From Stylophora pistillata (taxonomy: Eukaryota): a DNA stretch of 64,000 nucleotides. Positions within the stretch are counted from its first letter, which is position 1, and each line of letters starts with the position of its first letter. This document shows, piece by piece, positions 1-15,000 of the stretch. A program made the translations under genes and the position numbers. Below the pieces are notes generated by a model that was not told where the DNA came from, did no database searches, and was given only the letters and a program-made list of their open reading frames with translations. Location: contig NW_019218247.1 of NCBI RefSeq assembly GCF_002571385.2, positions 62,001 to 126,000 of the forward strand. The letters are read 5' to 3'.

Positions 1-959
1 TCTCCAGTAATGTTTTCTAGGGGAGGGATTACTTCAGAACAGTTTCTTTAACTCAATTGATGAGCCCTCTCATTTAAACTCTTTGTTAGTGAATAAAAAT
101 TTCTTATCTTTTTATGCTTTACTTAATTAAATAGCTTTTGAATTATTAGGCGCATCCAAGATCTCATTGCGTCTTTAATTTGGCATCGGTTAAATTTTTG
201 CCGTGCAGCGAGCGTAGCAAGCGAGCAGCAATATAATCAGGATTTAAAAGAATATGGGGTCTGCGAATTCTCGAAGTCATCACTTTTTATCTGAATACAT
301 CGCAGCTTGTGTTTAGCGTTGACAGTCAATCGTCTTGTAAATCTACTTTCCTAAATAAAGGCAAACTAATAAATCGCGAGTAAATTATGGTAAATCTGCT
401 ATCTTAATCACTGATCAATGAATAACTCTACCTTGCGTAAGTTGACACACCGGTAAGCCGGAAAGCAAAAGGCAGTTGACCTATGGTGTTCGTAGGGCCT
501 GTGTAACTCCTGCCATTCGCTATCGCTTGTAAATCTTCTGCACTCAAAGTTAACATCTTATTAGGATATCTCTTAATGACTTTCCTTTGCGATGTAATGA
601 TAACGGTTATCCTTAAGAGGTCATTTCCCCATCTGTATGTTGTTCAGGTTTGTCAAAGCCGCGGATGAGATTGTGTTAAGGAAAAATTGCTGTTATGAAT
701 AGCAAATATGTAATTAACTCTGGTCTAGTTCATTCATTTCAGCCATTGTTTACGGAATAGTAGTTATAAAAAGGATACCTATAAAACATGATATGTGACT
801 GCAATTGATAGAAGATCAGAAAAATAATAATAACAAGTAAAGGAATTTAATGAAGGAATTAAAAGTTATTACTAAGGATAGGGAATATCTTTTAAAAAAA
901 CTATTATATTGTCATAAAAATAAAGGAACAATACAGAAAAGAGATGAGATAAATATATT

Positions 960-1450
960 CCTCTCGTAAGTTGTATGACGGGCTTTCTTTAACCGAATGC
1001 ACCTCACGTAAAGAACTGACGAGGTGGAGAATATTGATTTCGAACATTGGTTGACGCTAAAGCGAATAATGTATACAGATAATGCTTATAAACGTTTACT
1101 AGTGTATCTAAAAGATAGTAATGTTGCGGCAGATTCTATTAATAATGACATAGTTTGCGCAGTGATTCATCTACCTGCGTGTTCCAAGACTTACGTGGAG
1201 AGGCATAACTCTGACGTTAATTCCTGTGGGAGAGAAAGTATATATTAAAGCAGAAAATAGCGCGTGCACAGAAGAAAAAATACTGCCTTTTTCAAGAAAT
1301 GATCGAAGAAAATGATCTAAATCATTTCGAAGAGTACAGAAAAGGATATGTAACCCTTCCTTTATTTCAAACAGTTGAATGAGTATAGGCGTTATCATTT
1401 CATTATTAGATTTCGATGAAATTTTCCAGTCATTCCCGACAAAAGCAATC
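960..1450 (-). mobile_element. Highly degenerate LINE reverse-transcriptase C-terminal remnant
   Basis: Frame-broken traces on the minus strand (VLEHA, SYNLR) resemble the C-terminus of CR1/L2-type RT. Weak. Confidence 0.25.
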
Positions 1451-2379
1451 AATTTTCATTTTTAATGGCTCTTTTCATGAACCCGTCAGTAATATCATTA
1501 GCTAAGGTCGCGTTCATAAGTCAGATAACCTAGGCTGCTGTATTGCTCAAGTACTTCAGTTTGGCCACCGTAGTCTTTTCAACTTTTCAGTACAATATGA
1601 ATAAATTCGATCCTAGGGTTAAACAGAAAGGTTGGATTTTCATTCATCGATTTTTCTTCTCTACAATTTTTTCGTAAAACAATTATTGATTTTTTTTTTG
1701 TCGATTGTTGATTACCCAGGCGAGCAGCTATACAAACTCATTAAGAAATGTGACAATTTAAGTACGCAATCTAACTTTTATCTTTACAATGCTTCATTCT
1801 TAAATTCCAAATATAACAAACTAATTCTTCCAAGATTGCAGTTTTAAAGTCTATTTCTTTTTGAAAGCATCATCATTTCAGGAAATAAAGAACGCTTAAG
1901 ACAGGAAAATGAAACCACGACGAACGAAGACAGGAAAAAATATATCTAAGACAGAGACATTGACACTAAAATGTAATGTCTACTAATGAGCATTGTTTCC
2001 GTCAAGAAAGAAAGGAATTTGGAAACTCACGACGTGACTATTGTTGAGATTTCTTCGATAACACTTGAATCCAGTAACAAAAATTGAAGGAGAAAAGAAA
2101 AGGCAAGAGAAAAGGAGAAAATATAGAAAGAAATACATAATTTTGAATCGTGATAGGGCTGAGAAAATTATTCTTCGAACACAGCTGCTATCAGAGCGTG
2201 AGAAACAGTTCCAAGATCACAGATATTGTTTGGAATTACGGACCTCACAGCTAAGTAAACATTACATCTGAATGAATTAGTGAAGTGCTTGGAGTTATTG
2301 TGAAAAAGGCAAAGAGGCATATTTCAAGTACTTCTTCTGCTAAGATCAAAATTCCCTATCTTGGCAGTTAAAAAGCATC

Positions 2380-3064
2380 ATGAAGGATTGTTTGATCCTC
2401 CTTTATCTGGCCGTTTTTTTCTGCAGCTCCAGCGTAGATGGCGGGCTTCTGGATGATAAAGCAAAAATTCTTACTGATTTTAAGGCAAAATACAACAACA
2501 GCCAGTCTGATATCATTTTTCTCATGGATGTCTCTGGCAGCGTGAGCAATTATGGTTTCCAATCGGAGAAGATTTTTGTCGATAATCTTCTTAATGAGTT
2601 CAGCGTAGCCCCCTATTCGACACGAGTTGCTGTTATCACATTTGGTGCCGATGTTAAGACGGACATTAACTACATTGACATTAGCCCTCTATCAAAAACG
2701 CATCAAAAGTGCGAGTTTCAGCCTTGGTTTCAGTACAACGTGAAGCATCGTTATGGACGGGCCACAAACATGAGAGATGCCTTCCAGACAGGCATAAATA
2801 TCCTTCAAAGCGCAATGGATAATCAGCGACGGAGGAGCGGGGTACACACCGTGGCAATCATGATAACAGACGGATGGTGGAACAGAGGTAGTCCTGTAGA
2901 GAATGCGAACAGACTTAAAAGTTCTTACGCGACGGACATAATCACAGTAGGAGTAGATGGCTACAATGCAGGACAGTTACAACAGTTGGCGAGCTCAAAT
3001 GATCTTGTTCTTGGTTTCCACACCTTCACGCAGTTTCGAGAGCTTGCAATGTTTATAAGAGGAG
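2380..3064 (+). CDS. SVEP1: SVEP1-like exon: signal peptide and von Willebrand factor A domain
   Basis: Hydrophobic leader MKDCLILLYLAVFFC; DIIFLMDVSGSV (MIDAS DxSxS); TRVAVITF; IMITDG. Acceptor AG at 2366-2367 upstream of the ATG implies an untranslated first exon. Donor G|GTAAGG at 3064. Confidence 0.9.
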
Positions 3065-6000
3065 GTAAGGGTTGTAGTCCATTCCTTGAATGTTTTTGCA
3101 CAAAATATCTATTTCGAATATATCTAAATTTGATAAACAAGGACCAAAAGTTAAAGGACTAAATGCTCAGTTTTTTCTTAAAAATACCTTTTTAAAACGA
3201 AGTATTTTCCTCTTCCTTTGTGCTCGAACTCCTAGGAAAAATCAAATAATTGAACGACTGCAGCGCATTTTCTCTTATTCTTGTACATTGTCAGGTTATC
3301 CAGCCCCAGATAATAGAACTCTTAAACCGGCCTTGAACATGATGTGTTTGGGGCTCACTTAATATAGGAATCTCTGTTAAAACGAATCGCCAGTTTTAAT
3401 TGCTTCTTTGTTGTCCATGAAATGAGATTGCCAAAGTTTAAGGTAATCCATCCATTCGGTGTAATCATTTCAGTTTTCATTTTTATATGCAAGTAGAAGT
3501 GTGGTAAAAGTCCAAATTGTAAGTTGTAATGATAATATTAGTAGCAATGTCTTCCTTAACATATCAATTTTCTTCTTAGAAAGGCTAAATTACCTTTCTA
3601 TTACTCAGCTTTTACTGTTTCATTGTTTTTATATATTTGCTCAATTTTTGGCCACAATTAAGTAAGAATTAGCACTCGTATTTTTGTTCTTTAAGACTTC
3701 ACTTTGCTTTACGGTGTGCTCATCTATCCTAAATTGCTCTGAGATTCATTTAAGAGCATAAAGTTTGATACAATTTGGTTTGTGGTCACCTTTATAAGTT
3801 TAAGTTCTTAAATATATTTTGGCGGGGGCCTAGAAACATTTGGATGCCGTTTATTGTTCTAACATTATTTCTGGCAAGTAATTTGATTTCCCAGTGATAC
3901 TATCAATATTGTTCAGCCATGAAAAAGAAAATAATAATGATTTCATCGTTCGGGAATGTCCCAGTAAATTAAAAAAGAATTAGTTCTCGAAAAGAAGGTT
4001 ATCAACCGGATATATACATGTGCATGATGTTGGTTTCCCTGTAGGATAGTACGATACCCAATATGCGATACATATATCTCAAGTCAGCTCAACATGACAA
4101 TATTTTGTTATCATTTTTTCCTGAAACAGACGCCCACGACAAAACTTTTATGGAAGTGGACGCAAGTGAATGCACCTCTGGTGGCTGCGATTCCAAAGCC
4201 TTTTGCGCCTGCGGTACAGTCAGTGCAGTGTATCAGTGCGTCTGTAGACAAGGATATCGAGGAGATGGCCTTCTAAATGGCGAAGGCTGCATTCGTAAGT
4301 CCATATTAATACCCTGTCATAAGAAAGATCGGTATCGTTATCGTTATCATATTATCAACATAATCGTCGTCGTTTCGTGGTAATTGTTGTTCAAGTTGTT
4401 GTTATTGCCGTATTTGTTGTTGTTGCTTTTTCGGTGGATTTAATATGTTCCCTGTTTTGAACCCGATCGTTCGACTTCATCACTGTGTGATAATTTCCCT
4501 TTTTTTCGTCCTCACTGTTGCAATTGTGTTCCCGTAATTTTTGTTTCCATCGTTTTCGACAACATAGTTACGTTTCCAACAGTCGCTTCACCAATTTTGG
4601 CCATGTTTTCTTTTCTCTTTTTATTCCGGATTGGTAGAAACTCTTGACTTTCAACAAACCTTCTGGCCACTATTTCTCTACTATGGAGAATATCTAACTA
4701 GACTAATGGTTTAATCAAGTCTATGAGGACCAAAAAGAACGAGTAACTTATTTTCTACAGCAAACATAATAAGCACCCCGCAAAAGTCAGCGTTCAAAAG
4801 ATGTCAAGGAATTGATTGGTACATGGTCAAAAGAAAAAAAAAAAAGAATTCTCGAAGGCACTCATCTAGTAGTAATTGTTGAAAATTTAATATTCTTTTC
4901 CTTTTTCTATTTCTAATATTGGACTCCGACAAGTTGGCATGAAAGGTCTTTTCTTTAACGTGAAATGCTACTTAAAATCTCTTTTCCAAAACAAGCGAGC
5001 GTGAAATAGCAAAACATTTTTTATGAAAATGAGTGTTTTATTTCCAGTTTGTGGACGTGGAACGTATAAGCAGTGGGCTACTCCAAGTGAGTGTATTGCG
5101 TGTCCGGAACATTCTAGTACAGATGCAGAGGGAAGTATTTTGAAAAGTCAATGCAAATGTAAGACTGGGTACGAAGGCGACCCGTCAAGAGACATCGCTT
5201 GTACAGGTAAAGATAACTGATAAACTAAAAGATACTGAAAAAAAGGCGAAAATGCCGTAGCCTTAAAGTAAGCACGATTTTGCCAACAAATCATTACACA
5301 AAACTATGGCCAATAGAGCAGAGCGAGAAAACATCGGACGTGCGCAAGGGGTTCAATTCTGGCCGCCCGTGCGCCATTTTCCCGCACTCGATTTCAAAGG
5401 AAAACATAAGATACAACCAGTGTCTTGCCAAGTAAGCAAAAGGAAATTGAAACGCGCATAGAAATCTGCAAAAAGAAACAAAATTAGGAAAAAGGTAAAC
5501 TCGAGATTTTTCCAACACAAAGTTCAACCCACTACGGAAAGTATTATAATCCAGTGACTTCGGGTATCCTATTGACTGACAATTCTACTTCGAGCTTGAC
5601 CAAACAAGTTTAAGGCTTCTAAAAAACCGTACCTTATTGGCTCTTGCGTCTTTTTTTTTTTTTTTTTTTTGGAACTCTTGTGACACAACTTGATTCTGAC
5701 AACTACTATGATCAAGGATTATTTTATTACACGGTGTATTAACACTCTTCTGTCTATTCTAGCTGTTAAGTGCGAGCAGCTCCTAGCACCTCAGAATGGC
5801 GGTTTCCTTGCAGCATGCGATATAGTTTACGATAGTGTATGTGAATTCCAGTGCAGTTCTGGGTACAATCTTGTCGGGTCGAGCTCACGAAGATGTCAAA
5901 GTAATAAGCAATGGAGTGGAACAGCAGTGGAGTGCCAAGGTTAGTGGACTCTTAACTTGACTCTTGTAACCTCATATGAAACATTTACTGAAATAAGAAA

Positions 6001-9000
6001 ACAACATTAACATATATGAGAGCGATCCTCGCAGTAATGAACGCTACTTATGTAGTAGTGAAAATAAGGCCTCAAAAAATTCACGCCCGTACGGTATTTG
6101 AACCCATAACCTCTGCGATACCGGTGCAGTGCTCTACCAACTGAGCTAACAAGCCAACTGGGAGCTGTACTTCAGTTTTTTTAAGAATTGTATGAAAGCA
6201 ATTCTCGCAGTAAGAACACTACTTATTTCCTATTTTCACTACTACATAAGTAGTGTTGATTACTGCGAGGATCCCTTTCATACATTTCTTAAAAAACTGC
6301 AGTATACAATCATATATGAATTTCACATATTCAAATTCATTCAACATTAACATGTTGTGTTAGATATTCGTTTCTATTTCTTTTTAGTCATCACTTGCGC
6401 AGTTTTGCCACCACTAAACTATGGTGACAAATCATGTTCTGGCAGGGGATATGAATACGGTAATATTTGTACTTTTACCTGCGACGTGGGATATGAACGC
6501 AGAGGAAGCGCAACCAGAATCTGTCAGGCTGATGCCCAATGGTCTGGGAGTGCAACGTCTTGTGAAGGTTTGTAAAATTGACTTCTACACGAGTGAGTGA
6601 AAAAGGGAGCCAAATAGGTACAGATATGTTAGAAGGGGTGACAGAATATGTGCAGTCAGGTAGTACATCAACTCAAAGTTTGTGAAAATTAAAAAGATGT
6701 GGCGGTATATGTGTTCAAAAGTATTACATACAATTGCAATCTATCTCGTACAGCCGACGTTCGCGATGACTAGCGCGACGTAGGTATCAGCGAAGTCGCT
6801 GTATCTCAGCTACTACATTCCCCCTATATCAATCTCTTTTTTTATTGAACGACTTCGACATTTAAGTGTAATTAAAGACAGACCTGTAAATGCTACACAG
6901 TTTAATTTCAAGATTTATTCGTATGGAAATCTTATCCCTGAGATTTGGATGGAAATCGGTCAATAAGTCACAGAGATATTTCATACAGTACGATAAAGGT
7001 CTGAAGGTTGGTAACAAAAAAATAATAAACACAAAGTTATTATTTTGTCATCAAATTTGAAGCTCGTAAGTGTCCAGCTCTTCGTCGGTTGGCTTTTGGT
7101 GACGTTGAACCAGAGGATTGTGTGACGACACCGCAACCTTATCAACGAGGATGTACCATGCAATGTGTCTCCGGCTACACCTTAAATGGAGACAGCAGAC
7201 TGGAATGTGGGTCAGATGGAAATTGGGTTGGAACTTTTCCAACCTGTGAAGGTATTTCTGAATCTTTCTGTAGAAGTATGTGGTAGGGGATGAGTGAGTT
7301 ACTAAGCGACTGCCGAAGATAACTTAGCTAGTATCCACTAGCCCTGTTCTTTAGTTCTGCATTTCATGTTTTGGTTTACAGAAAAAAAATGTGTGTTTTC
7401 GAATAAATTTTAGCTTTACTTCTAAAAATTGGTAACTGTTAATTATCATAACTTACTACGCTTTTTGGTATGCCGCAAAATATAATCTTTATTGTAGGTG
7501 TGTTATGCTTTGTTTATCTCCAGTATTTGGCCTTCTCGTCCTCAATTTTTGTTCACTTGTTCTTTTCCAACCGATGATTTCAACTCTTACAAATCAGCTT
7601 CTATGTTTCAATTTTAATTTTAAAATTTTAGTAACCTTTCAAGTCCTAACCTAGCTGCCGTTCCACATTGTCTCAATTACAGATCGGCAACCACCATACA
7701 TCACCTGTCCACCTGACGTGAATAACGGCACGGACCCCGAGAGGGCGACACGGAGTGTAACCTGGAGTGATCCCGTTGTCAGTGACAATGCAGAGTTGCA
7801 CGATCCGAATGCTGCTCCCACAGTTACTAGATCACCTGAGATCGTATCCCCGTACGACTTTCCCATTGGCACTACTCGCATTACGTACACTGCAACGGAC
7901 AAGGGAGGCCTAATCCAGGCGTGTGTCTTTACCGTAACAGTCTCTGGTGAGTCACCAATTATCATGAAACTAGAATTCAAATTTCCTCAATCAATCAATC
8001 AATCGACTTTATTAAACGAGGGTAACACGGGACAGTGCTTCAACTGAGTAACTAGTGGCCCTCTCTAGTGTCTCCTTCTCTCTCTTCCTTCCCCAACCTT
8101 CCCTAATGAAAAGCTGGAGATGTAAGGCTTATATTCAGAGGGTTGTGGAACAATAATGAGTTTTCTCCTAGGCGTTCAGTCTTGTCAACCCCAACCTTCC
8201 TCCTTTACGCGACTCGACCCAAGCCTCCATCTTTTTTTCGCTTCGCCGACACCATCGTGCCGTTTAATATTTTCGCTCCATTTTACGCCTGAAATAGGCT
8301 AGGATTTCTTCAAATTAAAATAACATGAAGTACGTCGTCGCATACAACCACAACCAAACATACTCTGATAACTCTTGGTGCTTTTCATGCTAGTGTTCCC
8401 CAAATAGCCAATCGCTTATTCCAAGGAGCATCAGTCTTGATGTTCGACTCACTTTTTCACCCCGTTATTCATTTTCATTGAACCATATCCCTAGTCCTTT
8501 ACCCCTGTATCTGGTCATTTATTTTTGTTCCTGTCAATGCATTTGTTTATCAATCTTTATTTCTTTATATCTTTATTTGATTATTAATTTTTTCAATTAT
8601 CTTATTTAATTATTTATTTATTATTTATTTATTCATTTTATATTTTAACTCAGATAACGAACCTCCTGCAATCTACTGCCCTCAAAATATGGAGGTCCAG
8701 AAGAAGAGTGACACACCAACTATAAAAGTCTATTGGCCACCACCGACATACCGAGATAATTCCGGTGGGGCTATCACCGTCTTTACTGAGTCCATCAATG
8801 GCTCAGATTTTAGAACTGGTTCATATCCAATCAAATACACAGCAACGGACGAGAGTAACAACAAAGGATCGTGCACGTTTATTATCGTCATTTCTTGTAA
8901 GTTTTAATTCTTTTCATATAAAGCTGTTTTAAGAAAGGTAGTCGGAAAAACAAAAAGGGTAATAGTGCACATGTTAATCCAAAAAGGTATTGTGGGGTAC

Positions 9001-12000
9001 TTTTCGGGCCATAGGTACTTGACCTCAGGATTTCAGAGAAATCTGGGAAAATGTCACTGTAAGGAAGAGGCATAGTGAATTTTGATTAATTTATTTATTT
9101 AAATGACTTGTTGAAATTGATCACTGGATATCCATTTTACCATTCGAAATTGTAGAGTGCACTTTTATTAATTTATTTTTTTTCCAACAACCTTTCTCGA
9201 AACAGTTGATACCAAACATATGATACCTGTAGCGGCGATTCCTTTGCATGATATTACATATAACACGTCCACTTTCAAATAATGTAATACAGTTTTATTC
9301 ATTCTGCGGAGGGACACACTGGCAGGCACTAAATCGATAGGCACGGGGCTGTGGCCCGGCCGGGTACCTGTGTTTTGTTATCGGACAAGTCGCTTCACCC
9401 TACCGGAGTGTGAAGCGTTATTAACGAAATGTCATAGGGAGGAGGGGGGTGGGGGGGTAATAACCTGCGTTGAAATAGCATCTCATCAAAAGACTGTAAG
9501 CCAACCAAAGTAGGAACTTCAACTGAGCTTGCTCTAAGTAAACGATCTTGAACAGTAAGTTAGAGACCTAAGGGAAGTCACAACGGCAAAAGCATCATGA
9601 ACATGGCCAAATAAAATATTTAGTGAGCACAACAATAGCTCAGTGCGTGTGTTTTGCAACTTTGTACATTTCTTTGCCGTTCTTAGAAAAAAAAAACAAC
9701 GAGAATCACCTAAATTTTAGTGGTCTGAGAAGGAGAATCTTGACGGCGAGCTGATGACGTTTCTCTTTCATACAATTCTGACATATGTTTTGCTGAAAAT
9801 GTGATGTATTAGAGGACAGTTGGTACATCGACGCATTTGCGAAATACTCAAGAAAAATAAGATTTTCTCATTTAATCGATGTCTTACTTGGCGTTTCCTT
9901 CCTGACAGCTCAAGGTACATGTAGTTGAAAGGAAACAGACGTAGAAATATAAACCAGCAGGAATCGAAGCATTCGAAACTACCACTGCATTAGTCATTGT
10001 GGAGTATCTAGCATAAAAAGGTCCAAAACGTTAAAGCATCTACAATTCGATCTTAATCTTTCCAAAACGTTCATCGCGTTAAATTCTGAAATAACGACAT
10101 CTTCCTGATATCTTGTTTTACGTAGCTGTGAAATGCAAGCCCTACGATCCCCCAATCAACGGCCTTATTTCCTGTGCACATTCTGATGCCATCGGAGGAG
10201 AAGGCTGTACACCCCAGTGTAGCAGCAAAAAAGAATTCGCCCGAGTCCCGGCTACCTTCTACGTCTGTCAAACAAGTGGCAACTGGTATGTCTGGGATTT
10301 TCGTCCCACTGTATCGTTGGAAATGCCGTGGCCTGATTGCACGGGTAAGTCGACTAACATTAGCGATAAGAAATATCCTCAGTTTATGCCATAACTGATT
10401 TGACAAATCATGGGTAACGAACGATAAAAGTACCATGCGATGGTCACCAAATTTGACAATGAAACAATGAGATAAATATTACGTAAATTAAAACCTGCGA
10501 GACAGACGAAGTGAATGTTTAATCACAAAATTTATGCTTATTTTATTCTTCGTTTTTTATAATTTCCATGAGCGAGACCCCACCATGAAAAAAAAAAGAC
10601 AACCAAGGAACTCATAACGTAGGAAGAAAGGGAACTGTACGACTTACGGAACGAACTTGGATTGGAACGGTTAGAGCTAAAATAAATTCGTTTAAAAACC
10701 CATCAGAACGTAGCGCGTTTGGATTGAGTGTCGTGAGATCAAACCCAAAGCAACCAAAACAACCAATCTGAAGAAATGAAAATGCTTTTAAGAGCCAAAG
10801 ACTAACTCAAAGAAAAACCAAGCAAACCGCCAAAAGAGCGGGAAAATGTGAGCAATCAAATCGCGATTGGTTTTAGTTTTGCATCTGATTGATTAAAAGA
10901 GTGGCGGAAATCAGTTCTGGACCAAACAACATGAAGTAAAGCAAAACCAAAACAATCCCCAGTTACTTTCGACACTCAATCGACATTTCTCTAAAGGCAA
11001 AGCGGAGAAACTTTTAACAGCTGCGATGCAAAATTTCCATAAAAACTTTCTGAATTGACGAAAAGTTCAATTAAAATCGAGAAACTTTAAGTAAACAGCA
11101 ATAAATGGGTGGTTAGTAGATGCAAGGTTGCGAACAGTAATTATTGTTCTTTTGGAAAGCTGTGCAAACAAAATTCAGAATAAAGACATTCACATATTAA
11201 AATGTTTTACTTGTAAAAACCCCAGGCTGAAATTAAAATGGCTATTTCCTTTTTCAGAGGAGTATGTTCCAGGTGCTGCACGTAAAGGCATGGAATGGCA
11301 ATACTTTGTCGGAGACTGCTCAGATCCTGCTGTACAACAACAAGCCAAAGAAAATTTTATAAGAGGATTCAACGAAGTGTTCTCTCCAAAAGACCCCAAC
11401 TACTGTCAAAGGGAAAAAATATGCGCCCTGGAAAATATCAAAATTACTTGTGGAGAGGTTCAGAGAAGGAGGCGAAGAAATGCACAAGTAAACAGTCTTT
11501 TTATTTACCGCCAGTTCAGTACTATTAAAACTAGCATATAATGATACTTTAAATGGCACACTATGCCATTTTCATACCTATGAGTTAGCCAATATTATGA
11601 TATTTTGGTGGGTTCAAGGCGCGCCAAGATGTAAGATGTAGGTGTACATATAGATAGAGGAACTGTAACAGTTCTAATTATGGACGCCTTGCAGAGGCGA
11701 TTATTCTTCAGTTCAAACTCGATCAACTCACCTGCGAACATATCCTACCATGTGTTTATTGATACGAGGGCTTCTACAATATGTATTTACATAACTGAAT
11801 TTCTTACCAATTTGGTTTATGTGTCTGATTTGTTTAGGCTGTTCTTACCATCGAACTCAATGTTGAGGTTATTACACAAAATGACGACTTCGACAAGGCC
11901 AAGTCTGACTTGGAGGGGAACGTTACCAACGCGAGGAATGCAGATTCAATGAAAACAATCCAGGCTAATTCCCAGACAATGACACTTAAAACCGTCAAGG

Positions 12001-15000
12001 AGACCCCCACAACTGGAGTCTGCGTCGATGGAGCCGTGTTTGGGCTCAATCAGGGCCAAGACTACCTCAATAACATTGACCACAGTCAGAGATGCCGTAA
12101 GTGCCCTCTAATCTGTGAACTTCCGCTAAATGTTAAATTGTTATCTTTGTCTTTTTTTTTTATCTTATCGAGTTCAAAAGCATATATGACTCATGTTTGC
12201 GAAAACAGGAAAATGTGATTAATTTTCATGACAACTCTTTTTTAAGTGTAGATATTTCGTTTTCCGTTCGTTTTCGCCACGAGAGCGGTTCAAGGGGGCA
12301 ACAACTCCATAATGTGATCTCCTTTTCCTCCCCGTCTTGATATCTTAGCTCCAGTCGTGCAGCATCATTCAGATATCCACTCTGCATGGCGAGATCACTG
12401 ATCTTTTCAATTTAACTGGTTTTCTCCCTCATAGAAAACTGCCCATCCGGTACTTACTATGACGTTAATTACAAAAACTGCTCAGACTGTCCACTTAACA
12501 CATACAACACATACACTGCTGCGGTTGGCCAATGCACGGTTTGTCCTGAGAAGACTTATACCCTTGCTGTTGGGAGTAAAAATATCACTCAATGTTTAGG
12601 TGAGTAAAGTATACTATTTTATAGAGTTCGATCTAAAATGTCGCATAGCAGATCATACGTGGTAAATGTACATGTGATAGACTTGGGGAAAGATATTGTC
12701 TCGTCTTCTCGCCAGCGAGGATGGAAGATAAAATTCTGAGTCTCCATTACGAATGGAACCTAAGATCTTCGAATTTCTCGCTCAGTTGCTCTATCAATGA
12801 GCTATAGAGACCCTAAGGCCATTGGTAGGTCTATCTCTGATATTGTTTTTTATACATACACACCTGTACTGCAAGGACTGGCGATGCTGAAAGCGTCATG
12901 TATGTAGATGGTAGACGTTAAGCTTAGTTATGAGCCAGAAAAAGATTTTTTTCCTGTTTTTTTTTTTCACGAGTTATGGATTAGCTTCCCAATAGTAATA
13001 GTCCTATTGGGAAAATGGGATAAACGCAGGATGGATAGGCCAATTGGCTCGAGTACAGTACAGACGAGTAATATAATTTTTAGGATGTTCTTTCGAGAGT
13101 ATTAAGAAACTTGGTCAACTTTCACTATAGCTGCTTGCCAACCTGGAGAGTTCTCACCCACTGGCCTCGCCAACTGTGCACAATGTCCCTTAAATACTTA
13201 CCAGTCTCTTCTGCGACAGACGTCGTGTATTGCCTGCCCAGGATCATCAGTCACTTTGGGATTTGGCACCAACTCAATCAGCGGATGCGGAAGTAAATAT
13301 CTGTTTGGGTTTTGATGTTGCTGTTGTTTTTTATTTCTCTCTTCCGTTTGTTTTAATTTTTATATTTTACTCATTCAAACGTCCATTCATCGTTTTAGTC
13401 ATCACCATATTTATCGTCATAACCAACTCATCATCAATATTATCATCATTGTCACTTTCATCATAATCATTATTATGATCCATCAAGTACTTTTGCTCGT
13501 GCATGATTGGTCTAAACGCAGCGCGTGACCGAATATCCCTCAGCTAAAACTGGATGATATCCAAGAATATCACCCATGCGATATTGCACTATTTTCAAGC
13601 CTTACGTCCACTATGATGCATCGATAGGAGACAATGGTGTTTTCTTATGCCCATAAACAGTGCACCTTGAAAGAATCACTCACGTTTCATTATTGATTTA
13701 ATTTATTTTATTTTCCATTTGTTTTAATTTTTATATTTTACTCATTCATACGTCCATTCATCGTTTTAGTCATCACCATATTTATCGTCATTTCAGTGCC
13801 GTGTGCTCCTGGAACATATTCTCAGACTGGGGTTGAACCCTGCTTACCCTGTGCTAAAGGGACTTATCAACCCAACAAAAAGCAAACTAAGTGCTTATCA
13901 TGTGATATTAACAAATCAACTTATGGAGAAGGTGCTTCATCACTGAGCCAGTGTATCGGTGAGTGACATTAGCTCTCGCAAACCATTCAAGACTATTGAT
14001 TGAACTCTTGTTTCTTTAAATTCTGAATTGTTTCTTGGAAGAGGAAAAATACTTCTGTTGCTTTGTAAGAATGGCCGTAATCCATTTTGTGACAGGCATG
14101 TAAAATATCCAACTCATTAACATAATTTCGCATGACAGCGATTGTGAACTGTGCTTCGAGTCCATGCAACAACGATGCTACGTGCGTTGAAGTTGCCCAG
14201 GGATACAAATGCAATTGCAAACCGGGCTTTGCCGGAGCAAACTGCGAAATCGAAGAGGATGAATGTCTCTCAAGTCCGTGTGCAAAAGGATCTACTTGTG
14301 TTGACAAGGTAAGATATCAAGTCTTTGACGTTCCATAGTACATGTCATCTTCCCTATTGTGTCCTGTTTGAACGATGATAAATGTACGCATTAGAGGTTC
14401 GAGTATCTAAACGTGTGACTTATAGAGAACGAAAAGGGATGAATGAATATTGATGACTTGGGTAACATATTTTCAGTACTTATTCTGAGACTATAGTGCG
14501 AGGTTATCCTATGACCAGCCTTTCCTTCCCAAGAAGAGGATCGGAAACATTCACATTATCTAGCCCAGTTGTACCCTATTGTAAAAGAAAGATTAAGAAA
14601 AAGAAAAAAAAGCAAGTCTACATGGGATTTATCATTATACTCCTTTACATCGCTGTGCTTTAATTTAACTTCAGCCCCTCACCCTCAGTGTACGATATGT
14701 ATTATGTTCGGGGGCAGAACCGCGGTCGATTAGGTTCGATCACCTTCTCAACTGATCATTTGGGGAGCAGAGATGGCGCACTAGTGCTGAGAACACTCGC
14801 CTCCCACTACTGTGGCCCAGGTTCGATTCCCGGACCTGTGCGTTGAGTTTGTTGTTGGTTCTCGTCCCTGCTCCGAGTGTTTTACACCGGGTCCTCTGGT
14901 TTTCCTCCCTCCACAAAAACCAGCAATCCAAATTCCAATTAGATCTGGAAACAGTGGACAAAGAAGAGCCACCCAGTGGAATGTCCATTGCTAAATTATT

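Noticed and set aside
1850-2271. Lys/Arg-rich ORF 2065-2271
   Set aside because: Purine-rich low-complexity sequence with a non-ATG start and no homology signal.
6084-6156. Functional tRNA-Thr gene
   Set aside because: Mispaired stems and embedding in a repeat with inverted arms indicate a pseudo-tRNA.
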